A stretch of 58,386 nt of DNA from Chloroflexota bacterium (GTDB lineage: Bacteria; Chloroflexota; Limnocylindria; Limnocylindrales; CSP1-4), in contig JAKAJU010000183.1 in assembly GCA_021813655.1 (NCBI GenBank), positions 1-58,386 on the forward strand, given 5' to 3'. The notes under the pieces were generated by a model, which saw only the letters and a program-made list of their open reading frames with translations, did no database searches and was not told the origin of the DNA. Within the stretch, counting starts at the first letter, position 1; every line of letters starts with the position of its first letter. The position numbers and the translations under genes are program-made. Positions 19,269 through 29,119 of the stretch are shown in pieces.

Positions 19269-20267
19269 TCAGGCGGGGTCGTCGAGGAGTGCAGCGAGCT
19301 CCGTTCTCCCGAGACCTGCCGCGAGCCCGAGCGAGAGGACGATCCGCGCCTTCGGACCGGTCAGGTGCCCTGCGAGGATGGCACCGGCGCGCGCCCACGT
19401 GGCACCGCCGCCGGGAAATCCGTACCCGGTCGTCACCCGGCCACCAGGGACGCGGGACGCGAGGACGACCTCGAGGCCGCTCGCCATCGCACGATCGGCC
19501 GCGGCGAGAAGCGACGGGTGCGTGTTGCCGGCTCCCGTCCCCTCGACGACCACCCCGCGCGCACCCGCCGCGACGAACGCATCGATGGCGCCTCCGTCGA
19601 GGCCGATCGCCGCGACGACCAGCCCGACGGGCGGGATGTCGCCGACGGCCACTGCCGGCACGCGTCGCCGGCCGACCCGCCGTCGGAGAAGCGCGACCCG
19701 GCCCCCCTCCACCTCGGCGAGCGGACCGCCGTCCGGGCTTGCGAAGGCGTCGATCGCGCTCGTGTGCATCTTCACGACGGCGTCCGCGGCGTGGAGCTTG
19801 CCCGCAATCGACAGGACGGCCCCCTGGCCGCGCAGCGCCGGCGAGGACGCGGCGGCGATCGCGTCCCGGAGATTCGCCGGCCCGTCGGCGCCCGGGGCGT
19901 CCGCGGTCCGCATCGCTCCGGTCACCACGAGAGGACGCGCGTCGTCCCACAGGAGGTCGTATGCGAGCACGGCTTCGTCCATCGTGTCGGTCCCCTGGAC
20001 CACGACCGCACCGGAGAGGCCGGGATCCGCGGCGAGCGTCTCCCGGGCCGCGCCGGCGATGCGCAGCAGATCGTCGAACGACAAGTGGCTGGCTGGTGTC
20101 CGGCCGAGGTCCACCACGATCGCGTCGGGCATCCCGGCGACGCCGGCGCCGGCGCTTGCGAGCAGCGTGTCGCCGCCGAGGGCCGGCGTCGCGCCGCCGG
20201 CGACCGGATCCACCGTCATCGAGATCGTACCGCCCGTGAAGACGACGACGACCCGCGGAGGCGTCAT
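19269..20267 (-). CDS. L-asparaginase/glutaminase family protein
   Basis: FTGGTISM and QGTDTMDE catalytic Thr motifs, VVTGAMR, DGPANL, KMHTS. Confidence 0.92.
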   Translation of the reverse strand: MTPPRVVVVFTGGTISMTVDPVAGGATPALGGDTLLASAGAGVAGMPDAIVVDLGRTPASHLSFDDLLRIAGAARETLAADPGLSGAVVVQGTDTMDEAVLAYDLLWDDARPLVVTGAMRTADAPGADGPANLRDAIAAASSPALRGQGAVLSIAGKLHAADAVVKMHTSAIDAFASPDGGPLAEVEGGRVALLRRRVGRRRVPAVAVGDIPPVGLVVAAIGLDGGAIDAFVAAGARGVVVEGTGAGNTHPSLLAAADRAMASGLEVVLASRVPGGRVTTGYGFPGGGATWARAGAILAGHLTGPKARIVLSLGLAAGLGRTELAALLDDPA

Positions 20268-20325
20268 CGGCGCGACCTCGGACCACCCTGCCCGCGTGTC
20301 GCGGAGGTACGGGCCCCCATGGCCA

Positions 20326-21870
20326 TCACAGGACTCCCGGTGGCTCGCCGTCGATCCCGCCGGCCGGACCCCCGGCGGTTGCGTGGGTCGCGGTCGGCCG
20401 CGCGAAGACCGAGAGAACGCCGGAGATGAGGATCAGGATCCCGCAGGCGACGATGACGGTGGTGGACCCGACGAAGTCGCTGATCGGACCGACGACGATG
20501 ATCGGGACGAAGCTTGCGATCGAGACGAGCATGTTGAGGACGCCGAAGACACGCCCCCGAACGTCCTCGGGGATGTCCTCCTGGAGCTGCGTCTGCGACG
20601 GGATCGCGACGACGGCGTACGCCACGCCCGCGAGGAACGCGATGACGACGACGATCGACAGGAGCGAGACGCTGGTGCTCGGCGCGATGTTCGTCCGATC
20701 CTGGAGGCCGCGGATCGCGGATGCGATCGGTCCCGCGATCGCGAGGAGCAGGAGGAGGCCTCCGAGGGAGACGAGGCCCCCCTCGATCAGCCGCCGGCGC
20801 GGGAAGAAGCGCGCGTAGCTGTTGAGGAACAGGACGCCCGTGACGACGCCCGCGCCGAGCGGCAGGACGATGACGACGAAGTCCTTCGTCTGGAGGCCGA
20901 GGTTCGTCGTGGCGAAGTCCGGGCCGAGGACGCCGAGAACGCCGATGAGCGAGGCCGCGATCCCGAGGTAGACGAGCGACCAGGTGACGGTCGGATTCGA
21001 GCGGATGTACGCGATCCCCTCGCGGAGTTGGTCGAGCGTGTCGCGTGCGGCCTCACCGAGCTGGCCGCGGACGCCCTCCTCCGACCCGGCGGCGGCACGT
21101 TCGCCGGCGACCGTGATCGCCTCGCGAGCGACGAGCCCCGGCATCTCCGGCGGCGCCTTGACGAGGTCCTGCTCCGCGAGGGCGAGCGCCTCCTCGGACG
21201 GGTGCTCGTCGGCGGCGCGGGCCCGAGCGGCGAGCTCCCTCGAGGAGGGCAGCGTGAAGCAGAAGACCGCCGCAACCAGGTAGAGGATCGCGACCGCGGC
21301 GATGAGGAGGTCCGGGCCGGAGACCGTCACGACGAGAGGTCCGAGGAGGGCGAAGCCCACCGCGAATGCCGCGTTCGTCGTGAGGGTGAAGAGGCCGTTC
21401 GCGGCGACGAGCTGGTTCCGCGGGACGAGGCGTGGGAGCATGGACAGCTCGGTCGGTGCGAAGAACGTCGTGAGGATCGAGACGAGGATGTTGAGCGCGA
21501 AGATCGCGACGACGTTCCAGTCGAGGACGACCATCACGCCGAATGCGATCGCCCGCAGCAGATTCGTGACGACGAGCATGTGGCGCCCGTCGACGCGATC
21601 CACGAAGACACCCGCCACCGCGGAGAACACGACCGCCGGGACGAGGAACGTGAGCAGCAGCAGCGAGACCGCGGAGCTCGACTTCGTGAGATCGAAGACG
21701 AGGATGGTCAGGCCGTAGACGACCATGTTGCCGCCGACCTGGGTCGCGACCTGCGATAGCCAGAGCAGCAGGAATAAGCGGTTCGCGAGGACGGCGAACG
21801 GCCCGCCGCTCTCCGGTGTCCCCACCTGGCGCGATGTGGCGCGGCCGGCCGTGGCCTCCGTCCCGCTCAC
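20326..21870 (-). CDS. MFS transporter (H+ antiporter/MFS_3-like)
   Basis: FLLLWLSQ, AGVFVDRVDGR motif A, about 12 hydrophobic segments, RGRVFG. Confidence 0.9.
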   Translation of the reverse strand: MSGTEATAGRATSRQVGTPESGGPFAVLANRLFLLLWLSQVATQVGGNMVVYGLTILVFDLTKSSSAVSLLLLTFLVPAVVFSAVAGVFVDRVDGRHMLVVTNLLRAIAFGVMVVLDWNVVAIFALNILVSILTTFFAPTELSMLPRLVPRNQLVAANGLFTLTTNAAFAVGFALLGPLVVTVSGPDLLIAAVAILYLVAAVFCFTLPSSRELAARARAADEHPSEEALALAEQDLVKAPPEMPGLVAREAITVAGERAAAGSEEGVRGQLGEAARDTLDQLREGIAYIRSNPTVTWSLVYLGIAASLIGVLGVLGPDFATTNLGLQTKDFVVIVLPLGAGVVTGVLFLNSYARFFPRRRLIEGGLVSLGGLLLLLAIAGPIASAIRGLQDRTNIAPSTSVSLLSIVVVIAFLAGVAYAVVAIPSQTQLQEDIPEDVRGRVFGVLNMLVSIASFVPIIVVGPISDFVGSTTVIVACGILILISGVLSVFARPTATHATAGGPAGGIDGEPPGVL

Positions 21871-22112
21871 GGTCGCGGGTCTTCCGGGGGCCGCCCAGAC
21901 GCGGAGCGCTCGACGGCGACCACTCGCCGCTCGAGCTCACGCCGCTCGAGCATCACGCGCCTGCCGCAGGTGGTGCATGCTATCCCGACGTCCGCGCCGA
22001 TGCGCGTCACCCGCCAGACGCTCCCGCCGCAGGGATGCGCGCGGCGGAGCCGGACCGCATCGCCGACCTCGAGCGCGAGGATGCGCGGGGTGGCCGGGCG
22101 CCGTTCATCCAT
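21867..22112 (-). CDS. DUF951 domain protein
   Basis: GDAVRLRRAHPCGGSVWRVTRIGADVGIACTTCGRRVML family pattern. Confidence 0.85.
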   Translation of the reverse strand: MDERRPATPRILALEVGDAVRLRRAHPCGGSVWRVTRIGADVGIACTTCGRRVMLERRELERRVVAVERSASGRPPEDPRP

Positions 22113-22126
22113 CGGCGCTGAGGCTA

Positions 22127-22807
22127 TCAGAGCCGGGGTCTGCCGTGCGGGGGGATGAGGTCACGCGTCGTCCCCGGGACGTCGATCCGGTCGCCGGGCG
22201 TGACGGTGACGCGGAGGGACGGGTCGGTCGCGGCGAGCAGCGCGACGATGCCGCCCGGTCGCGTCAGCGTGCCGGCCAGCGCGTTCGGGTCGCCCAGGGC
22301 GCGGACGATGACCGAGGTGCCCAGGGGCGTCGCGTCGATCGTCGCAGCACCCGCCTCACCCGACGCGACGGTGCCCGCCACGACGCGGATGCCGTCGACG
22401 GCGAGCGCCTCGCAGCCGGCGTTTCGCAGCTCGTTGAGGAGGTCGTTCACCGCCGCCCCGCTGATGGCCCCTTCGAGGGCAACCATCACCCCGCTGCCCG
22501 ACGCCCTGTCGAGCCCCGCCCACGCCCTGTCGCGGGCGAGCTCGTTGCGGAGCTGGAGCGCGCTCTGCCGACCGCTCCCGGCGGCGGACTGGACGCGCAC
22601 GAGCTGTCCCTGGAGGGAGGTCACCTCGGCGCGGAGCTGATCGTTGCGCGTGTTGAGGTTCGCGACCAGCAGCGTCAGGTCCTGCGCGGCGAGGCGATCG
22701 AGGCCCGTCCCGCCGGTCTGCGACCGGAGCTGGATGACGAGCAGGAACCCGAGGACGAGGAGCACCGCCGCCATCGCCAGCTGACCGCGGCGCCCGTCCA
22801 GGCCCAT
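22127..22807 (-). CDS. DUF881 domain protein
   Basis: N-terminal TM (LGFLLVIQLRSQ), coiled coil, AG...SGSGVMV, LNELRNAGCEALAVDGIRVV. Confidence 0.85.
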   Translation of the reverse strand: MGLDGRRGQLAMAAVLLVLGFLLVIQLRSQTGGTGLDRLAAQDLTLLVANLNTRNDQLRAEVTSLQGQLVRVQSAAGSGRQSALQLRNELARDRAWAGLDRASGSGVMVALEGAISGAAVNDLLNELRNAGCEALAVDGIRVVAGTVASGEAGAATIDATPLGTSVIVRALGDPNALAGTLTRPGGIVALLAATDPSLRVTVTPGDRIDVPGTTRDLIPPHGRPRL

Positions 22808-22808
22808 G

Positions 22809-23609
22809 TCAGGGGGCCTCCGTTGCGGATGGCGTGATGGAAGTCGAGGGCTGCACCGGCGTCGGGGACGGCACGGGACGCGCATATCGAAGCTGGACGG
22901 CACCGGCGTAGGCGGGGACCGCCGCATCCGCGATCTCGGCGTAGCGGACCCGCAGCGAGTAGGGCTGGACGCGGTCGCGGACCCAGGCGACGAACCCGGG
23001 CGAGCGCGTGAGATCGTCGTACAGGTCCGGCCCGCCGATCGCCACGACCTGGTACGGCGGGACGAGATAGGACGCGTTGGCGAGGATCGAATCGCCGACG
23101 TCGAGGAACCCGGAGAGCCCGTTGATCCGCTCCGTGTTCACCGCCACCGCCTCGGCGCCCGCGAACCACAGCTCCTGGACGACCGTTCGGACGTCTCCCG
23201 CGTTGACGCGGCGATCCGTTGCGTTCTGGCCCGATGGGGCGGGCTGATCGGCGTCCTCGAGCTGGATGACGAGGCCGGGGCCGTCGAGCGCGACGAGGCC
23301 GCCGGCGAGCCGCGCGCGATCGAGCTGGTTCGAGAGCGATGCGGCGAGCGCGTCGCTGCCCTGCGCCCCCTGCTCCGTCTGGCGGATCGTGTCGCGGAGG
23401 TCGAGGATCGACTTCTGGAGGCCTGCCTGCTGGGCCTGCAGCTGTGCCGCCGTCTCCACGAGCGGGGCGCGCTCCAGTGTCGTGTACCGGACGCGCGGCC
23501 CCTCCGTCCGGAGCTGCGCCGCGATGAGGAAGCCGAGGGCGGCGAGGGCGAGGCCGAGCGCGACCCGCCACGCGCGGAGCCCCCGCATCCAGGTGACCGC
23601 CGTCGTCAC
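22809..23609 (-). CDS. DUF881 domain protein
   Basis: TM (LGFLIAAQLR), coiled coil, GLVALDGPGLVIQLED, ELWFAGAEAVAVNTERI, PPYQVVAIG. Confidence 0.88.
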   Translation of the reverse strand: MTTAVTWMRGLRAWRVALGLALAALGFLIAAQLRTEGPRVRYTTLERAPLVETAAQLQAQQAGLQKSILDLRDTIRQTEQGAQGSDALAASLSNQLDRARLAGGLVALDGPGLVIQLEDADQPAPSGQNATDRRVNAGDVRTVVQELWFAGAEAVAVNTERINGLSGFLDVGDSILANASYLVPPYQVVAIGGPDLYDDLTRSPGFVAWVRDRVQPYSLRVRYAEIADAAVPAYAGAVQLRYARPVPSPTPVQPSTSITPSATEAP

Positions 23610-25333
23610 GGCACGGACTCCCCGTCCGATGGCGGCGCGTCGCCCGGCGGGGCGGTCGGCGGTCGCGCGTCTCCGTCAACGGGACCCGCTTCCTCGTCCT
23701 GTGGCGCGGGAGCGACCGCCATGCCGGGCCCGGGCTCGGGATGCCAGACCACGGTCGGGCGCGACGGTGCGCGGTAGGACGGTGGCGGGAGTGCGGCTTC
23801 GATCGCTGGGGCCGGCGGCGAGGAGTCGGGCCCCTGCGGGGGCGCGGGCGGCGGTGTGAGCCCGGACAGGGGCGGGAGGTCGGCCGGGGGCGGCCAGGCG
23901 TGGGGCGCCGCCGGCATCGCGGGCGGCGGCGGAGGAGGCGGCGTGCGCTCATGGCGGATGGCGAGCGCCACCGCGACGATGACCGCGACCACCGCCGCGA
24001 GAAGCACGATGACGAGCGGGGTCCCCGGGCCTCCGGTGGCCTCTCCCGCCGAGGGCGAGGGCGTCGGGCCCTGCGACGCGGCCACGACCGGCGTGCCCGT
24101 CTCCGACGGGGCTGCTGAGACCGACGCGCCCGGAGTCGCCGGGGCCGGCGAGGCGCCCGAGACCGCCCAGGCGGACGGGACCGGACCCGGCGGCGGCGAC
24201 TGCGGTCCCCACCGCCGCGGCATGGCCGCCTTGATCGACGCCAGCCACTCGGCCTCGAACTCCGCGAACGTCTTCCCGATGCCGGCCGTGAACGCCTCGT
24301 CGTCGGAGACGCCGTCCTTGTACGCCCTGATGACCCTGACGAGCGACGCCTTCCCGTACGTGTCGATGATGTGCTTGACCGCGCTCACCGACTCCGCGTA
24401 CGAGAGGAAGAACCGGGACTGAAGGCCGGCCGACGGGAACGCCTCGCCGAGCGACTCGAGCGGCAGGAGCGTGCCGTCCGCGATCCCGGCGGCGAGCTCC
24501 GCCCGGTACGACGCGGGGAAGCCCTGGGAGAGGTAATCGGCGAAGCCCTCGTTGAGCCATCGGGGCGGGTAGTGGTACGGGTTCGAGACGGCGGTGTCGA
24601 AGACGAGGTGCGTCAGCTCGTGCGGGATGACCACGCCCACCCACGACGTGTCGATCTCGTCCGGCGGGATGAGCGCGAACAGCGTCCGGATGTCGGGCTG
24701 CGTGGGGGCGAACCCGCCGACGTTCTCGCATCCGCTGCTGCCGTACACCGAGCAGAAGCCGTCCGAGTCGGCGTAGACGTAGAAGTCGATCGGCTCCGTC
24801 TCGGCGACCCCGAGCATGTCCGCGGCCTTCTTCACGCCGTTCTCCGCGATCCGCAGTGCCCGCGTCGCGAAGGCGTCGTCACCCTCGTACCAGTGGATCC
24901 GGACGAGCGAGCCCGTCTTCGTGCGCCACGGGTACCGCGTGTCCTCGTACGTGACCTTCGCCGGAGGGCCGATCTCCACCGATCCGTCCGTCAGCGTCAC
25001 CCGCCAGCGCGCCTCGATCGGAGTGTTGGGGAGGAGGCCGGACGTCGCCGCGTCGTAGGCATACGAGAGCTCCGTCGCGCCGGGCGCCACCCGCACCTCG
25101 GAGACGAATGGTCCCTGGACACCCGGAAGCGAGAGGAGGACCTCGACGCGGGCGGCGTCGGATGGGAGGGTCACCGGCTGCGTGAACGTGACCGACGCGC
25201 CGTACGCGGCCTCCGCCGTCGGGGTCCCCCACCGCGTCTGCGCGGCGCGGGCCGGGCCGGCCAGGCCCGCGAGGAGGACGAGCGCAGCGACCAGGGCGCC
25301 GAAGCGAACGGCGAGCGAGGCCGGGCGACTCAT
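23606..25333 (-). CDS. membrane-anchored peptidase MA family (gluzincin) metallopeptidase
   Basis: Signal peptide, HELTH plus WLNEGFADY, Pro/Ser linker, C-terminal TM and Pro-rich tail. Confidence 0.85.
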   Translation of the reverse strand: MSRPASLAVRFGALVAALVLLAGLAGPARAAQTRWGTPTAEAAYGASVTFTQPVTLPSDAARVEVLLSLPGVQGPFVSEVRVAPGATELSYAYDAATSGLLPNTPIEARWRVTLTDGSVEIGPPAKVTYEDTRYPWRTKTGSLVRIHWYEGDDAFATRALRIAENGVKKAADMLGVAETEPIDFYVYADSDGFCSVYGSSGCENVGGFAPTQPDIRTLFALIPPDEIDTSWVGVVIPHELTHLVFDTAVSNPYHYPPRWLNEGFADYLSQGFPASYRAELAAGIADGTLLPLESLGEAFPSAGLQSRFFLSYAESVSAVKHIIDTYGKASLVRVIRAYKDGVSDDEAFTAGIGKTFAEFEAEWLASIKAAMPRRWGPQSPPPGPVPSAWAVSGASPAPATPGASVSAAPSETGTPVVAASQGPTPSPSAGEATGGPGTPLVIVLLAAVVAVIVAVALAIRHERTPPPPPPPAMPAAPHAWPPPADLPPLSGLTPPPAPPQGPDSSPPAPAIEAALPPPSYRAPSRPTVVWHPEPGPGMAVAPAPQDEEAGPVDGDARPPTAPPGDAPPSDGESVP

Positions 25334-26982
25334 CGGTCGGCCCACGCCAGGCCGGCGAGGCGCACGAACCCGAGGCCGTTGTCGGCGGCTCCGAGGAGCC
25401 CGTCGCGAGAGAGCGAGTAGTTCGTCGTGTACGCGAGGGGTACCACCGGGCTCTCGTCACGCACGATCCCCTCCGCGCGGTCGAACGCCGTGGCCGCGGC
25501 GGTCGGGTCGGTGGCCGAGCTCCCCGCGACGAGCGCCGCGTCGAAGGCGCCCGAGCTCCACCGCCCGAAGTTGTTCTTCTGGTCCGATCCGAGCAGAAGA
25601 CGGAGGATCGCGGTCCGGGCCGGGTAGTCGGCGACCCAGTCGACCGTCCACATCGGGGGCGGATCCACCGCCAGGCGGTCGAAGTACTCGTTGAAGTCCA
25701 TCGTCTCGACGGCGATCGAGACGCCGAGGTTCTCGCGCAGCTGAGCCGCGATCGCGTCGGCATACCGGTTCCCGTTGGAGACGAGCGTGATGGGCGGGAG
25801 CCCGGCCCCTCCGGCGTGGCCCGCACCCGCGAGGAGCGCACGCGCAGCGGCGGGGTCGAACGGCGGCATGAAGTCGGCGGGCGAACGGTCCGGGATCGCC
25901 GGCGGGATCATCCCCGTCGCGGGCTCGTCCTGGCCCCCGGAACCGAGCGTGACGACGCGCTGCCAGTCGACTGCCTCCGCGAAGGCGCGGCGCACGCGGA
26001 CGTCGTCGAAGGGCGGCTTCGCGGTGTCGAACCCGAGGTACTCGACGCTCAGCGAGCTCCCCTCGCGGAGGGACGGCCCGAGCTCCTTGTCCCATGCGAT
26101 CCATGCCGAATCGATCGAGTCGACGGGCGTCAGGTCCACGGAGCCGTTGAGGAAGTCCTCGACGGGGCTGCCCGCTCCGAACGAGGTCACGACCTCCACC
26201 GTCCCGATCGCCGGCTTGCCCGCCCAGTACCGGTCATTGGCGCGGAGCGTGATCGTGGTGGGCGAGGCCTCGACGGGGATGTACGCGCCGCTCGCGACGA
26301 ACGAGGGCCCGGGCGAGAACGCGCCACCGCCGGTCCCCACTCGGGGCACGATCGCAAGCGTCGGGCTGGCGGCGACCGCGGCGAAGTCCGTCGAGGGCTG
26401 GCTGAAGTGGACCGTCAACGTGCGCCCGTCGGCCTCGATGCCGACGGCGTCGGGCGAGCCACGGCCCCGCGTGTACTCGGCCGCCCCCTGCACCTCGTCG
26501 AGGAGGGACGCGAGCGGGGACGGCGCGCGCGGATCGAGGACGCGCATCCAGCTGCGCTTCACGTCCGCCGCGGTCAGCGGCAACGCGTCGGAGAAGGTCA
26601 GGCCCTCCCGCAGCGTGAAGGCCGCCGTCCGTCCGCCGTCGGTGAAGGTCCACGACTCCGCGAGCGCGGGTCGCACCACGAGACTGGCGTCGACCGTCGT
26701 GAGGCCCTCGAAGATCTGCCCGATGACGGCGGTGCTGCCGGCGTCGCCGGCCGCGGCCGGGTCGAGCGTCTGCGGTGCCCCGAGCGCGACCGAAACGGTG
26801 TCCGGCCCGTGGGTCGGTGCGGCGGCGACGGGGGCCGTGGGTAGCGACGCGCCGAGGTCACCGAGGAGCGGAGCGACGACGAGCGAGACGACGATGAGGA
26901 GCACGAACGCGTACGCGACGAGCCGGCCGCGGCCGAATGTCGGGGCCGGGGCGGGGGCGACCGGCGCGTCCGAGGGGAACAT
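25330..26982 (-). CDS. peptide ABC transporter substrate-binding protein (family 5, OppA-like)
   Basis: TLDPA, IFEGL, PALAESW, FTLREGLTFSD, PPFDDVRVRRAF, WVADYP; N-terminal TM anchor. Confidence 0.9.
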   Translation of the reverse strand: MFPSDAPVAPAPAPTFGRGRLVAYAFVLLIVVSLVVAPLLGDLGASLPTAPVAAAPTHGPDTVSVALGAPQTLDPAAAGDAGSTAVIGQIFEGLTTVDASLVVRPALAESWTFTDGGRTAAFTLREGLTFSDALPLTAADVKRSWMRVLDPRAPSPLASLLDEVQGAAEYTRGRGSPDAVGIEADGRTLTVHFSQPSTDFAAVAASPTLAIVPRVGTGGGAFSPGPSFVASGAYIPVEASPTTITLRANDRYWAGKPAIGTVEVVTSFGAGSPVEDFLNGSVDLTPVDSIDSAWIAWDKELGPSLREGSSLSVEYLGFDTAKPPFDDVRVRRAFAEAVDWQRVVTLGSGGQDEPATGMIPPAIPDRSPADFMPPFDPAAARALLAGAGHAGGAGLPPITLVSNGNRYADAIAAQLRENLGVSIAVETMDFNEYFDRLAVDPPPMWTVDWVADYPARTAILRLLLGSDQKNNFGRWSSGAFDAALVAGSSATDPTAAATAFDRAEGIVRDESPVVPLAYTTNYSLSRDGLLGAADNGLGFVRLAGLAWADR

Positions 26983-27080
26983 GGCGCGAGTATAGGTGCG
27001 GGGCGCCGAGAGCCCTCCGGCGCCCGCGGCCGGTGGGCGCCGGCCGTCCAGCCCACGCGCTGGCCCGGCGGATGGCGGTC

Positions 27081-27118
27081 CGACGCGCACCCGCGGTTCG
27101 ACGCGCACCCGCGGTCCG
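27081..27118. repeat. 18-bp tandem direct repeat x2, intergenic
   Basis: cgacgcgcacccgcggt(t/c) occurs twice in tandem. Confidence 0.7.
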
Positions 27119-27138
27119 GTCCGGCCCGGCCCGGCCCG

Positions 27139-27741
27139 TCAGCGTCCCCGCAGGACCTCGATCGCGTACCGGCACACGCCCGCGATGGTGAGCACGTCGT
27201 GGATGTCGCCGCGGTCGATCTCGGCGAGCACCTCGTCGAGGCTCGCCCATCGAAGAGCGAGGTCCTCGGTCGCCTCGGGCGAGGCCTGCCCGGCTCGCAG
27301 GCCCGTCGCGAGGAAGATCGCGCCCCTCTCGTCGGTCACCGAGTTCGAGACGGTGACCCGGCAGAGCTCGCGCCACTCGTCGGCGCCGTAGCCCGTCTCC
27401 TCGCGCAGCTCCCGTCGCGCTCCGGCGAGCAGGTCCTCCGACTCCCCCGCGCCGCCCTCCGGTACCTCCCAGCTGTACTCGTCGAGGGAGTACCGGTGCT
27501 GTCCGACGAGCAGGAGGCGACCGTCGGCACCGACCGCCACGACGGCGACGGCGGCGGACCGGAAATGGACCACGCCGTAGACCCCGGGGCTGCCGTCGGG
27601 GCGGTCCACCTCGTCGTGGAAGACCTCGATCCACGGGTTGGCGTACGCGGATGCGCGCGATCTGCGCCGCCACGGCCCGATGTCGACGGGCTCGGGGCTG
27701 CGCATCTGGTCGGGGGTGCGCATCTGCTCGGGGTCGCGCAT
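27139..27741 (-). CDS. Nudix hydrolase (ADP-ribose pyrophosphatase-like)
   Basis: Nudix box PEGG...GARRELREETG; QHRY..., WEVP. Confidence 0.9.
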   Translation of the reverse strand: MRDPEQMRTPDQMRSPEPVDIGPWRRRSRASAYANPWIEVFHDEVDRPDGSPGVYGVVHFRSAAVAVVAVGADGRLLLVGQHRYSLDEYSWEVPEGGAGESEDLLAGARRELREETGYGADEWRELCRVTVSNSVTDERGAIFLATGLRAGQASPEATEDLALRWASLDEVLAEIDRGDIHDVLTIAGVCRYAIEVLRGR

Positions 27742-27854
27742 CGAACGTTCCTCGCGAGCGGGCGGCCGCCTGTGGGGGTCGGCGCCCGCGCCGCGCGGCG
27801 TCGGCGACCGACGAGCGCTGGGGAGCGCGACAGACGGCGAGGATGGAGGAGGGG

Positions 27855-27930
27855 TGGCGCCCACGGCAGGACTCGAACCTGCGACGCCCGCCTTAGGACG
27901 GCGGCGCTCTGTCCGCTGAGCTACGTGGGC
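27855..27930 (-). tRNA. tRNA-Arg(CCT)
   Basis: GCCCACG acceptor stem, anticodon arm CCGCC-GTCCTAA-GGCGG, GGTTCGAGTCC T arm, GCCA end, A20 present. Confidence 0.95.
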
Positions 27931-28004
27931 CCGCCCGCATCGTAGCAGCCCGCGTGCGGGGCGACGAACGGGGCTTCAGCGGACCCGGCGCTAGAATGCC
28001 GCCG

Positions 28005-28313
28005 ATGCCCGCCCCCACACCCACCCTCCGCGTCGTGCTGTACGGCGCCGAAGGCTGCCACCTCTGCGAGGACGCGCGGGCGGTCGTCGTCGCCCACCTC
28101 GCATCGCGCGCCGCGGCGGGAGCGGTCTCCGCGCCGCTCGAGGATGTCGATATCCACACCGACGAGACGCTCACGCGCGCCTTCATGGAGACGATCCCGG
28201 TCATCGAGGTCGGCGGCGCACTGCTCGAGCTCGCCACGAGCGCGGCCCGGCTCCGCGCCTTCCTCGATGCGGCGCTCGACGCGGTCCCGGCGCCGCCGGA
28301 GACGTGCCCGTGA
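28005..28313 (+). CDS. glutaredoxin-like protein (DUF836)
   Basis: VVLYGAEGCHLCEDA, VDI, IPVI cis-Pro motif; probable leaderless start after TAGAAT. Confidence 0.8.
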   Translation: MPAPTPTLRVVLYGAEGCHLCEDARAVVVAHLASRAAAGAVSAPLEDVDIHTDETLTRAFMETIPVIEVGGALLELATSAARLRAFLDAALDAVPAPPETCP

Positions 28314-29119
28314 CCCCCGATCTCACGCTCGCGGTGGCCTTCGGGGCGGGGCTCGTGAGCTTCCTGTCGCCGTGCGTCCTCCCCCTCGTGCCGGCCTACC
28401 TGGGGCAGCTCACGGCGGTCGCCGTCGCGGGGCGCGAGAGCGGGACGCCCTCGCGGTGGCTGGCCGTCCGGCATGCGGTGGCCTACGTCATCGGGTTCGG
28501 CCTCGTCTTCACGCTGCTCGGCGTCACGGCCACGTTCGTGGGCGGGCCGCTCGCCGGGTACATGCCGCTCCTCCGCCAGATCGGCGGCGTCGTGCTCATC
28601 GTCATGGGACTGGGCCTCGCCGGCGTCATCCCGGTCCCGTGGCTCGAGCGGACATGGCGACCGCTCGATGCCGGCGCATCCGCTGCCGTGTCGAACGCCC
28701 AGGGCACGCTAGCGCTCGCGAGCGCGGACGGTGGTGGCATGGGGAACCGGCTCGGTAGCGCTCTCGTCGCCTCGCGAGGGGGCTGGCTCGCGTCGTTCGG
28801 CCTCGGCGTCGTGTTCGCGATCGGATGGACGCCCTGCATCGGCGTGATCCTCGGCAGCGTCCTGACGCTCGCGGCGACCATCGGGCGTGGCGTGGAGGGT
28901 GCGGCGCTCCTCCTCGCCTACACCGCCGGCCTCGGCGTCCCGTTCATCGCGCTCGGCGTCCTCTACGACCGGGCCCCCGCGATCGTCCGCCCCCTCGTCC
29001 GGCACGGTCGCGCCGTCTCGTTCGCCGGTGGGATGCTCGTCGCGCTCATCGGCGTCGCGATGCTCTTCGACTGGCTCACGCTGCTGCCGCGCTGGTTCCA
29101 GTTCAACGCTGGCGTGTGA
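28310..29119 (+). CDS. ccdA: cytochrome c biogenesis/thiol-disulfide transporter CcdA
   Basis: AGLVSFLSPCVLPLVPAYL and GWTPCIGVILG motifs. Confidence 0.93.
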   Translation: MTPDLTLAVAFGAGLVSFLSPCVLPLVPAYLGQLTAVAVAGRESGTPSRWLAVRHAVAYVIGFGLVFTLLGVTATFVGGPLAGYMPLLRQIGGVVLIVMGLGLAGVIPVPWLERTWRPLDAGASAAVSNAQGTLALASADGGGMGNRLGSALVASRGGWLASFGLGVVFAIGWTPCIGVILGSVLTLAATIGRGVEGAALLLAYTAGLGVPFIALGVLYDRAPAIVRPLVRHGRAVSFAGGMLVALIGVAMLFDWLTLLPRWFQFNAGV

